64,000 nt of DNA. Origin: a virus. Position numbers and translations under genes: made by a program. This document shows positions 32,164 through 41,018 of this stretch, piece after piece. Position 1 is the stretch's first letter, and every line of letters starts with the position of its first letter. The notes beneath the pieces were generated by a model, which was not told the origin of the DNA, did no database searches, and saw only the letters and a list, made by a program, of their open reading frames with translations. The stretch lies in the IMG/VR virus record IMGVR_UViG_3300045994_000055, positions 32,001 through 96,000 of that record, one strand, 5' to 3'.

Positions 32164-33105
32164 ATGAAGGTAAATTATCTCAACAATAAAGACATCTTGA
32201 AAGAGATTCATAAATCAAAGACAACGTACTGTACATTCACTAAGCCGGATTACTCCGAATATGATGTAATCGTCAATCACGTTAACGAAATCCCGAAACT
32301 ATTTTTGGAAACTATCGAAACCAAGGAGGAAATCAGCGAAGACGGTGTTAAATCCAAAGTAACTACTAGAGTTCCACCAAAAGCACTTACAGCACGGGCA
32401 ACACGACTTACCAAGCTATCCCAAGAAATTGAACTTGCTGCTGGCAAAAAGCCCAGAAGTGAACTAGCTACTGTGGAATGGGACACTATTCAACCAGACG
32501 ACGTTGTTTTTCGTGTAATGACATGGGAACATGTACCGTTAGACGACACTAAGAAAGGCAAGAAAGTAGCTGATTACGTTGATGACGATATTCCCCATTC
32601 CGAATATGATGTTGAAGACGAACCAGTCGATCCAAAGTTCAAGAAGTACACACGCTGCAACTTCCCGCCCTTTATGCATTACAAAATGGAAAATGGTGAA
32701 CTTACGCTAGTAGGCAAGTCCCATTGGGAAGGTCCATTTGATACTGGTTCGTTTACCAAGGATAAGGGCGCTATGACAAACAAGCTTGCACACATGTTCG
32801 TTAAGCTGTGTGAGCGTTATGCTACTCGTTCTAACTGGCGCGGATACACTTACAATGATGAAATGCGGGCGCAGGCATTGCTACAGCTTTCCCAAATTGG
32901 CTTACGCTTTGACGAAGCCAAATCAGATAATCCATTCGCTTACTACACCGCAGCAATCACAAATTCATTTACTCGTGTTCTAAATATCGAAAAGCGTAAT
33001 CAAAATATACGCGACGACATTTTGGAAATCAATGGACTAAATCCATCGTACACTAGACAAGGCATGTCCTCTGGCGGAGGTGGCGGAGGAGATTATGACG
33101 AATAA
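32164..33105 (+). CDS. gp55: Late-transcription sigma factor, T4 gp55-like
   Basis: NYLNNKD...; NWRGYTYNDEM; FDE.KSDNPFAYYT; lies upstream of gp47/gp46; AGGAG SD. Confidence 0.9.
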   Translation: MKVNYLNNKDILKEIHKSKTTYCTFTKPDYSEYDVIVNHVNEIPKLFLETIETKEEISEDGVKSKVTTRVPPKALTARATRLTKLSQEIELAAGKKPRSELATVEWDTIQPDDVVFRVMTWEHVPLDDTKKGKKVADYVDDDIPHSEYDVEDEPVDPKFKKYTRCNFPPFMHYKMENGELTLVGKSHWEGPFDTGSFTKDKGAMTNKLAHMFVKLCERYATRSNWRGYTYNDEMRAQALLQLSQIGLRFDEAKSDNPFAYYTAAITNSFTRVLNIEKRNQNIRDDILEINGLNPSYTRQGMSSGGGGGGDYDE

Positions 33106-33964
33106 GGCGGTCCCGATAATATATAATGGTGGGTATTATGGTACATTTGTACATTGGGCACTGCTATATTTTTCAGGGTTAGTGGTCGAATCAGGGTTCC
33201 CATTTTTTCCAAATGGGAGCAGCCACCAGTATGAAGCTGGCGATGCACTTATTGGTATTTCTGAATGGAGGAATTTTGATTCCCATCAGCATACTGCACC
33301 AATATACCGTGTACACCCCAAAACGTCAAAATTTGACGTGTTGCAAGATGTGATCTCAGAAATTTTGCAAAGCACCGGCAAAGCAATATACTTAACTACC
33401 AGTAAACACACCTTACTTACGATAAACAATAAATTTGACAAAATTTGGGCTGATGGTTGGATGGCTAACCAAGCCAACGAATTAGAAGAAAACGTCAGTG
33501 CCTGGGGAAGTAAGAAATACGATAATTTGCAGGAATGGCAAAAAAGAGAATTTCTATCATACTACATCTTTAAACAACATGCGGCTGAAAACGAACCGTT
33601 ATATAGTGTGCCTGATAAACTGTTTTCTTTTGAAATTGGAGATCTATTTACAGATTTCGAAAAATCTATTAGAGCGATGTTAGACTATGTAAACTTACCG
33701 TGTGTTAGAACTAATTTTTCAGAAATACACTCTACATGGGCCACATTACAGATCCATTATGGTAAAGACGAGCAAGCTTCTGCAATTATTGAGGCAGTGA
33801 CAAGCGATAAATATATGGAGTGGAGCAACTTAACTTTAGTTGATGAGGCGTTTATTCAAATGTCATTGCGAGACTCGCATAACCTCGACATGCTATGCTA
33901 CAACCTAAACGTGTTCCCCACTAACACAACTGATCTACGAAAAATATTGATTAATGGCGGGTAA
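33095..33964 (+). CDS. Hypothetical protein, paralog A (possibly sulfotransferase/P-loop-like)
   Basis: GGYYGTFVHW...GSSH; ATG at 33095 with GGAGGA SD. Confidence 0.65.
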   Translation: MTNKAVPIIYNGGYYGTFVHWALLYFSGLVVESGFPFFPNGSSHQYEAGDALIGISEWRNFDSHQHTAPIYRVHPKTSKFDVLQDVISEILQSTGKAIYLTTSKHTLLTINNKFDKIWADGWMANQANELEENVSAWGSKKYDNLQEWQKREFLSYYIFKQHAAENEPLYSVPDKLFSFEIGDLFTDFEKSIRAMLDYVNLPCVRTNFSEIHSTWATLQIHYGKDEQASAIIEAVTSDKYMEWSNLTLVDEAFIQMSLRDSHNLDMLCYNLNVFPTNTTDLRKILINGG

Positions 33965-34824
33965 GGAATCTAATAGCATAGTAATTCTTTATGCAGACGG
34001 TGCATACGGTACCTTTGTGCATTGGGCAATACTTTTTTTTGCGGGAATGGTAGATACTGCACTGCCATTCACTGAAAATGGTAGTAGTCATTATATCAGT
34101 TCTGATTTGGCAGTAGCAAAATTTTGTGGCTTAGATAGGTGGCAAGCGTATTTACAATCTAACGTTGAATTTGACATCATCAGGGGTCACCCAGGTGGTG
34201 AAGAGTTTGCCAAAAGCTGCAACGTTATTGCCGCATCTGCAAAAAAGGCAATCTTTTTAGATGTGTCAAATGTACCAATTCTCACATTCAATAACAAAGT
34301 TGACAAAGTTTTAAATGGGTGGATTTCTTTTGATGATACCATATGTGTTGACGGTAACCTGATCACTGAATATTGCTTCAGTACTTCGCAAAGATGGGAA
34401 AAACGGCTATTACTATCAAAAGTAGTATCACAACTGCATATCGAGCACACCGGACACAATACATTGCACTCACTAGACCCACAAATAAAACGAGTACACG
34501 TAGAGTCATTGTTTACAGATTTTAAAGGAACAATATTGATGTTATTGGATTACTGTGGTCTCACGTGCGTTCGTGATAATGATTTTGACCGTATTTTCAC
34601 TAAGTGGAGTGAATTGCAAGCGCACAGGTCCAAAGATGAAATAGTAAGTAGCATAGTAGATGCAGTAGCCACAAACAAAAACACATTGTGGGCACCCTTA
34701 ACTTTAGTTGATGAGGCATTTGTTCAAATGCGCTTACGAGACTTGCATAACCTCGACATGATATGCTATAATGTCAATGTGTTTCCCACAAACACAACTG
34801 ATCTACGAAAAATATTGATTAATG
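33923..34824 (+). repeat. Direct repeat: identical 34-nt copies at 33923-33956 and 34791-34824, within ~125-nt similar 3' ends
   Basis: aacacaactgatctacgaaaaatattgattaatg occurs twice. Confidence 0.9.
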
Positions 34825-34829
34825 TCTAA
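33954..34829 (+). CDS. Hypothetical protein, paralog B
   Basis: GAYGTFVHW...GSSH; C-terminus LTLVDEAF...FPTNTTDLRKILIN shared with paralog A. Confidence 0.7.
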   Translation: MAGKESNSIVILYADGAYGTFVHWAILFFAGMVDTALPFTENGSSHYISSDLAVAKFCGLDRWQAYLQSNVEFDIIRGHPGGEEFAKSCNVIAASAKKAIFLDVSNVPILTFNNKVDKVLNGWISFDDTICVDGNLITEYCFSTSQRWEKRLLLSKVVSQLHIEHTGHNTLHSLDPQIKRVHVESLFTDFKGTILMLLDYCGLTCVRDNDFDRIFTKWSELQAHRSKDEIVSSIVDAVATNKNTLWAPLTLVDEAFVQMRLRDLHNLDMICYNVNVFPTNTTDLRKILINV

Positions 34830-35838
34830 CCTATTTAAAAAAGCTGCGGTCTTTACAGACATCCATTTCGGACTGAAGTCAAACAGTCAAACACACAACG
34901 AAGATTGCTTGCAATTCGTAAAATGGGCAACTGACAAAGCCCTAGCAGAAGGGTGCGACACCTGTTTGTTTTTAGGTGACTGGCACAACAATAGGGCAAG
35001 CCTAAATATCGTGACTTTGAACTACAGTTTGAAGGCACTAGAATACATGAACGAGCATTTTGATCGTGTGTTCTTTATTCCTGGGAATCACGATCTCTAT
35101 TACAGAGACAAGCGTGATATACAAAGCGTGGAGTTTGCGCGACACCTTAAGAATGTGACCATTTGCAACGATTGGCACAGTGAGGGCGATGTAGTAATAG
35201 CGCCTTGGCTCGTAGGTGAAGAGCACAAGAAGATACATAAACTCAAAGGGCAGTACATGTTCGGTCACTTTGAGCTTCCGGGTTACTACATGAACGCAAT
35301 GGTTCAAATGCCGGATCACGGAGAGATAAAGCGTGAGGACTTTAAAGGGTTCAGGCACGTTTTTAGCGGGCATTTCCACAAACGCCAATCAGCGAAGAAC
35401 ATTACCTACGTTGGAAATTGTTTCCCGCACAACTATGCAGATGCCGGCGACGACGATCGCGGCATGATGATTATGGAATGGGGCAAAGAGCCCGTGTACC
35501 ACGCTTGGCCTGATCAGCCTAAGTATCGAGTGTTTAAGCTATCTGATGTGTTGCAACATACAGAGAAGATGCTTTTGCCCAAGATGCATGTTCGTGTGGA
35601 CATTGACATTGAGATCAGTTACGAAGAAGCTAACTTTATCAAAGACACATTCATTTCTACATACGGGCTACGTGAACTTACGTTGCTGCCGCAGAAGAAC
35701 ACAGACTTCGAACAGTTTGCCACCAAGGGTAACATCAAGTTCGAGTCCATTGATACAATCGTAACAAAGCAGATTACGAACATCGAGAGTGACAAATTCA
35801 ACAAAAAGCTATTGCTTGATCTATACAGAAACCTGTAA
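34822..35838 (+). CDS. gp47: Recombination nuclease subunit, T4 gp47/Mre11/SbcD-like
   Basis: DIHFG, GD, GNHD and GHFH metallophosphoesterase motifs. Confidence 0.93.
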   Translation: MSNLFKKAAVFTDIHFGLKSNSQTHNEDCLQFVKWATDKALAEGCDTCLFLGDWHNNRASLNIVTLNYSLKALEYMNEHFDRVFFIPGNHDLYYRDKRDIQSVEFARHLKNVTICNDWHSEGDVVIAPWLVGEEHKKIHKLKGQYMFGHFELPGYYMNAMVQMPDHGEIKREDFKGFRHVFSGHFHKRQSAKNITYVGNCFPHNYADAGDDDRGMMIMEWGKEPVYHAWPDQPKYRVFKLSDVLQHTEKMLLPKMHVRVDIDIEISYEEANFIKDTFISTYGLRELTLLPQKNTDFEQFATKGNIKFESIDTIVTKQITNIESDKFNKKLLLDLYRNL

Positions 35839-35846
35839 AATAACAC

Positions 35847-37619
35847 ATGGCATTCAAAATAAAATCTTTAACGGTTAAAAACTTCATGAGCGTTGGCAAT
35901 GCCACGCAAGCTGTCAATTTCGACCGCAATGACTTAACGTTGGTACTGGGTGAAAATAACGATCTAGGTGGGGATGACGGCGGGTCACGCAACGGCACAG
36001 GTAAGACAACCATTATCAATGCGTTAAGCTTTGGGTTGTTTGGTAGTGCGCTATCCAACATTAAGAAGGATAACCTAATCAATAAGACCAATGCCAAGAA
36101 CATGCTGGTCACAATTGATTTTGAGAAGGACGGCGTTGAGTACAAAATCGAACGTGGGCGCAAGCCTAGCGTTATGCGCTTTTGGGTGGCTGGCGAAAAG
36201 AAGGAAGCTACTGACGAGGCGCAGGGTGATTCGCGTGAGACACAGCAAGAAATCGAACGTATGCTTTGCATGTCGCACGATATGTTTAAGCACATCATTG
36301 CGCTAAACACATACACTACGCCATTCTTAGACATGAAGGCTGGCGAGCAACGTGTTATCATCGAGCAACTGCTTGGTATTACGCTGCTGTCTGAGAAGGC
36401 TGATGCACTCAAAGAGCAGTCTACAGAGACAAAGAAAGCTATCACACAAGAGCAGTATCGCATTGATGCTGTGCTTAATGCCAACAAGCGTATTGAAGAA
36501 CAAATTGATTCGCTGAAGCGTAGGCAAACACTGTGGCTTAACAAGCAAAAAGACGATATTTCGAAGCTGTCCGAATCTTACGACGAGTTGATTCACATTG
36601 ACATCGACAAAGAGCTTGCTGCACACAAAGCATTGGCCACTTGGAATCAGCTTAACTCTGATATCAACGGACTTAATGCTGCAATTAAACGTGTAGAGCT
36701 AGCCAAAGACAAAGAAGAAAAGCTAGTTAACAAACTAAGCAAAGAAGTTGAAAGCTTGGCTGCGCACAAGTGTCATACATGCGGGCAAGACTTTCACGAC
36801 GATGCGCATGCCGAAGTCGTGCAGCGCAAGCGCACAGAACTAGACACTTCAGTTAATGACTACGCCGAATACTTAGACCAACTAACTGATCTTAATGCAG
36901 CACTAGAAGAAGTGGGTGCATTGGGTCCAGTGCCTAAGGTGTATTACGATACAGAGGCAGAAGCAGTAAACCACAAAGCAAAGCTTGCAAACATTTTGCA
37001 GCAACTTGCTACTAAGGAAGAGGACAAAGATCCTTATGCAGAGCAGATAGAAGAGATGAAGACGAAGGGTATCGAAGAGGTCAAGTACGACCATATCAAC
37101 CAGTTGAACAGTGTTAAGGACCACCAAGAGTTCCTGTTCAAGATGCTTACTAACAAGGATAGCTTTATCCGCAAGCTAATCATCGATCAAAACTTAACCC
37201 ACTTGAATGCTCGTCTTGCTTTCTATCTCGACAAAATTGGTCTCCCGCACACAGTTAAGTTCAACAATGACCTTACCGTAGCAATTGAAGAACTGGGCCG
37301 TGAGTTAGACTTCGACAACTTGTCTCGAGGTGAACGTACTCGTTTGATCTTGTCTCTGTCTTGGTCGTTCCGTGACGTATGGGAAAGCTTGTATCAAACA
37401 GTTAACCTACTGTTCATTGACGAACTTGTAGACAACGGTATGGATACCGCTGGTGTTGAAAACACATTAGCTATTCTTAAGAAGATGAGTCGCGAAGGCG
37501 ACAAGAGCATTTGGCTTGTGTCGCACAAAGACGAATTGATTGGACGAGTCAACCAAGTGTTTAACGTTATCAAAGAGAACGGTTACACAACGTATGGAAC
37601 TGACACAGAGGTTGTGTAA
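35847..37619 (+). CDS. gp46: Recombination ATPase subunit, T4 gp46/Rad50/SbcC-like
   Basis: NGTGKTT Walker A, CHTC zinc hook, LSRGE signature, LFIDE Walker B. Confidence 0.95.
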   Translation: MAFKIKSLTVKNFMSVGNATQAVNFDRNDLTLVLGENNDLGGDDGGSRNGTGKTTIINALSFGLFGSALSNIKKDNLINKTNAKNMLVTIDFEKDGVEYKIERGRKPSVMRFWVAGEKKEATDEAQGDSRETQQEIERMLCMSHDMFKHIIALNTYTTPFLDMKAGEQRVIIEQLLGITLLSEKADALKEQSTETKKAITQEQYRIDAVLNANKRIEEQIDSLKRRQTLWLNKQKDDISKLSESYDELIHIDIDKELAAHKALATWNQLNSDINGLNAAIKRVELAKDKEEKLVNKLSKEVESLAAHKCHTCGQDFHDDAHAEVVQRKRTELDTSVNDYAEYLDQLTDLNAALEEVGALGPVPKVYYDTEAEAVNHKAKLANILQQLATKEEDKDPYAEQIEEMKTKGIEEVKYDHINQLNSVKDHQEFLFKMLTNKDSFIRKLIIDQNLTHLNARLAFYLDKIGLPHTVKFNNDLTVAIEELGRELDFDNLSRGERTRLILSLSWSFRDVWESLYQTVNLLFIDELVDNGMDTAGVENTLAILKKMSREGDKSIWLVSHKDELIGRVNQVFNVIKENGYTTYGTDTEVV

Positions 37620-38626
37620 TGTTAGCAACTTGGCATTGGCATATTGAGATCAGCAGCAAGTGCACATTGAAGTGCCCTCGCTGCGCTCGTCAAGAGGTGC
37701 CAGGTTCATTGATAAATACAGAACTTGATCTTACCTTCTTTATGAAGGCGTTTTCACCGTCGTTTATTGTCTCTGACGTTGAAAAAATTACGTTCTGCGG
37801 TGACGATGGTGACCCTATATACGCACATGATTTGGTGAGGATTATCAAATACATAAAAAGCATAAAAGATGTTGAAATTGTCATCGTTACCAACGGTAGC
37901 TACAAAAAGGCTGAGTGGTGGAAAGACTTGGGACGAACCCTCACTAGCAAGGACTCTGTACACTTTTCTGTCGACGGCTATGATTTTACTTCTAATAACC
38001 TGTATAGGGTTAATAGTGACTACCATAGCATTATTGACGGAATTTCTGCCCTTCGTGCTGCTAGCGATTGCCAAATTGTTTGGGCGGCTATTGCATTTAA
38101 GTTTAACGAAGAGCACATAGAGCACATGAAGGGATCAGCAAGGTTCCTTGGTATGGATCGATTCCAACTTACCAAGAGCACAAAGTTCGGGTCAATATAT
38201 AACTCGTACGGGGTAAATGATCCGTTGGAACCTAGTGTAAAGTTTGTAAGCAGCACACACCGCTTCGAGCGGGAAATAACACAATTTACGCATAGATTAC
38301 CTACACCAGTGCACAGCATTAACACGGTGCTATTCAACAAAAACAAGGGTAAAACCCCGATTATTCCGCTGTGCGGCATAGGAAACAAGGGCTTATACTT
38401 GGATTCTCGCGGCAGGGTGTTCCCATGCTGCTGGGTAGCTAATCGATACGGACACAATTCCGAGTGGCAAGAGATTGCAAATAAGTTTGACTTGCATACT
38501 AGATCAATGCAGAATGTACTTGAAGATGCATTTTGGACTACTGAATTCCAAGAGTTTAAGTGGCAAGAGTGCAAAACAAAATGCAGTAGCAAGGTTATGA
38601 ATGAAAATTACGCTACTGCTTGGTGA
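37619..38626 (+). CDS. Radical SAM protein with SPASM/twitch-like C-terminus
   Basis: CTLKCPRC motif; GDP; C...G...PCCW...C..KC. Confidence 0.88.
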   Translation: MLATWHWHIEISSKCTLKCPRCARQEVPGSLINTELDLTFFMKAFSPSFIVSDVEKITFCGDDGDPIYAHDLVRIIKYIKSIKDVEIVIVTNGSYKKAEWWKDLGRTLTSKDSVHFSVDGYDFTSNNLYRVNSDYHSIIDGISALRAASDCQIVWAAIAFKFNEEHIEHMKGSARFLGMDRFQLTKSTKFGSIYNSYGVNDPLEPSVKFVSSTHRFEREITQFTHRLPTPVHSINTVLFNKNKGKTPIIPLCGIGNKGLYLDSRGRVFPCCWVANRYGHNSEWQEIANKFDLHTRSMQNVLEDAFWTTEFQEFKWQECKTKCSSKVMNENYATAW

Positions 38627-38647
38627 GGAGGATAACTATATGTACGC

Positions 38648-39076
38648 ATGTGGCATTATCTCAATGAAGAAGTTAAAGAAATCTCTGATGACGTAGTTGG
38701 ATTCGTCTACCTCATTACTAACACCCTCACGGGTCGTAAGTATGTAGGTAAGAAACTAGCTAAGTTTTCAAAGACTTCTTACAAAGTAGTTAAGTTGAAA
38801 AACGGTACGAAAAAGAAGAAAAAGATTCGAAGCAAGATCGATAGTAACTGGAAAGAATACTATGGATCAAGCGTTGAATTGACTGCTGATGTTTTGAAAT
38901 TTGGGGCGGATAACTTTAAACGAGAGATCCTACACTATTGCAAATCAAAAGCAGCCTGCTCTTATATAGAAGCTCGTGAGCAATTCGAACGTAAAGTTTT
39001 GGAAAGCGACGACTACTATAACGGTCAGATATCATGCCGTATACATGGTTCACACATCAAGAACAAACTTTTATAA
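38648..39076 (+). CDS. Small GIY-YIG endonuclease (catalytic domain only)
   Basis: GFVYLITN...KYVGKK, YYGSS, E and YYNG motifs; poly-Lys insertion. Confidence 0.85.
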   Translation: MWHYLNEEVKEISDDVVGFVYLITNTLTGRKYVGKKLAKFSKTSYKVVKLKNGTKKKKKIRSKIDSNWKEYYGSSVELTADVLKFGADNFKREILHYCKSKAACSYIEAREQFERKVLESDDYYNGQISCRIHGSHIKNKLL

Positions 39077-39239
39077 ACCTCAATAGACACAATGTCAAAA
39101 CCGCATGGCCTTTCTAAAACGTATCATTATGGACACGCCCAGCTTTAAGCAGGGCACTCAGTTTTCTAACTCGGCAATGGGTTACTAAGCGCCAATTATT
39201 CCCAGACCTTCTGTAACACTTTTAATTTTTAAATAAGCA

Positions 39240-39830
39240 GTTCAATAGCTCGCACAGGCTAATTTCATGTGCCCTACGAAAAGAGGACGACGGCGTCACT
39301 CGGACGGGAATCACCTTGCTGCCAGGTGTGTTTAGTCACTATCCTTTACAGGACGACGATGGGATAAGCCTACTTACAACCCGTTTGACTATCCGAATTG
39401 AATTCTTATTTAAAAATTATCATTATGGCTAAATGTTTGCGGCACTGTGAAAAAGATACAACCGCAGCTTATAGAACGCAGAGTCCAACTGTGTCACTAG
39501 GGTTCCGTTACGGCGCGAGTAAGCAGCACTTACTTTTAAAAAATGCGTGTGAAGATGGAGTAGAGGGTACCGCGTAACCGCCCCCGTTTGTTATTGCCGA
39601 CAAAATCTCTGTAATTTTGGATGACTCACTCACTCAGCGAAAGATAAAGTCATGACTTCACCTGGAAATCAGGTGAAGTCTGACAAATCTATCTAGCGAA
39701 GGATATATCTGTTTAACAGCCGCATACCACATAACATTAAGTTCAATGAGTATTACAGTTTTTAACGCTAATGTTAAGAAATAAGATACGAGCCGATAGG
39801 CGATGTATCGGACTTGTGTAACAAGTCCTT
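39240..39830 (+). ncRNA. Candidate large structured non-coding RNA (strand and ends uncertain)
   Basis: ~820-nt gap with no credible ORF and many hairpins, e.g. gacttcacctg-gaaat-caggtgaagtc at 39654-39680 and ggacttgt-gta-acaagtcc at 39810-39828. Confidence 0.45.
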
Positions 39831-39899
39831 GAAGTAATCCCAAGTGACTCACCTAGGTTACTAGTATATACTTGCTGGTTATAAATGGTATATCACGAG

Positions 39900-40055
39900 T
39901 TAAAAATACGGAAGCTTACTTGCCTTAGTAGTTTCAATATTTTCCTTAGCTATCTCTCCGATTAGTTCACGCTCAACCATTCCGAGTTGAAGTATCTCAG
40001 GGTAGCTCATACCTCCACGCATTAACCAACACATGCGCAGTGCTTCTTTTTTCAT
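39900..40055 (-). CDS. Small baseplate hub assembly protein (gp51-like); probable -1 frameshift extension of the upstream gene
   Basis: MKKEALRMCWLMRGGMSYPEILQLGMVERELIGEIAKENIETTKASKLPYF; the frame stays open upstream to the slippery site at 40133-40139. Confidence 0.7.
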   Translation of the reverse strand: MKKEALRMCWLMRGGMSYPEILQLGMVERELIGEIAKENIETTKASKLPYF

Positions 40056-40117
40056 GCCCTTAACTTGCCTTTCATAGGACTCTAAGAGTCCTATGACTTC
40101 TGCTTCGGTTTTAAGTG

Positions 40118-40969
40118 TTAAGAGCTTTTTCCGAAAAAACTTGCATAGTCAAATGTTAAGTCGATGTTATACGGCTTGCTGCATTCGTTACATTGAAGCT
40201 GCAATGGTTTCAATTTTGATACTTCATTGATTTGTGCGAGTCTCTCTTGTATTGTGTGTATCACTGATGCGTCGGACTTTGTGTAAAATTCAGTTAAGAA
40301 GTCCATGTTGCTTACTCTCTCGTCACCGTCAATCTCAATGTACTCAGTGCTATTAGCAATGGATCTAATTCCCAACTCAGTTAAACGTTTCATGCTTTCT
40401 TCAAGCAACTTAGCTTTTTCTTCAGATGGCGTTGCCTCTGGCATATTCAACGCATTAACTAATCGCTCTTCTTCAAATCTCACGTTGTCGCCACGATTTG
40501 TGTTGAAGTACGACTGTGGCTTCAATTTGATTCTAAGTTTGCCGATAGCTACTGCCTCTGTGAAATCAGGCTGTGCCAAGTTTTGCAGTTGAATAGTCAA
40601 ATCAACCTCGTGCGTATTTTCCTCTTGACAATGCGGGCACCTGGAATCAAATTCCATGTTATTACCAAATGATGCAATGCGCAATGCTATTAGCACAGTG
40701 TCCACGTCGATTGATGGCATATCCCATGCTGATGTGATGTTTGGAATGCAGCTTTGTATTACATTAACAATGCCCTGCCCGTTCATCAATGCATCAGGCG
40801 TTTTAAGCATGATTTCGTCGTTTAAACTCATTGGGTACACTGGTAAGTCGCCTGATTCAGTGAGATTTAACGAACCTTCCTTCCACCAGCGCCCATTAGA
40901 CGGTAGCTTCAAGTAAATCACGGGTTGGCGGAAATACCCACTTAGTGGGTTGCGTTGGGTTGAATCCAT
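40118..40969 (-). CDS. gp26: Baseplate hub assembly chaperone, T4 gp26-like
   Basis: LKLPS.G...PM...DE, D..LIALRIAS.G, two CxxC pairs, FF at the C-terminus. Confidence 0.8.
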   Translation of the reverse strand: MDSTQRNPLSGYFRQPVIYLKLPSNGRWWKEGSLNLTESGDLPVYPMSLNDEIMLKTPDALMNGQGIVNVIQSCIPNITSAWDMPSIDVDTVLIALRIASFGNNMEFDSRCPHCQEENTHEVDLTIQLQNLAQPDFTEAVAIGKLRIKLKPQSYFNTNRGDNVRFEEERLVNALNMPEATPSEEKAKLLEESMKRLTELGIRSIANSTEYIEIDGDERVSNMDFLTEFYTKSDASVIHTIQERLAQINEVSKLKPLQLQCNECSKPYNIDLTFDYASFFGKSS

Positions 40970-40979
40970 GGTAGAAATC

Positions 40980-41010
40980 CTATAAATAATCGATATACTC
41001 TTATTTATAG
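40980..41010. promoter_or_regulatory. Pair of opposed TATAAATA late promoters for gp26 and the tape measure
   Basis: ctataaataa at 40980-40989 and its exact reverse complement at 41001-41010. Confidence 0.75.
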
Positions 41011-41018
41011 GGCCATGA

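Noticed and set aside
33831-34824. DGR template/variable repeat pair
   Set aside because: Differences are not confined to adenines, and both copies are 3' ends of full paralogous genes
39092-39148. 18-codon mini-ORF MSKPHGLSKTYHYGHAQL as a radical SAM precursor peptide
   Set aside because: No SD and no supporting motif; expected by chance
39077-39899. Group I/II intron, tmRNA, RNase P RNA or CRISPR array
   Set aside because: No interrupted host gene, no recognisable catalytic or terminal motifs, and no regularly spaced direct repeats
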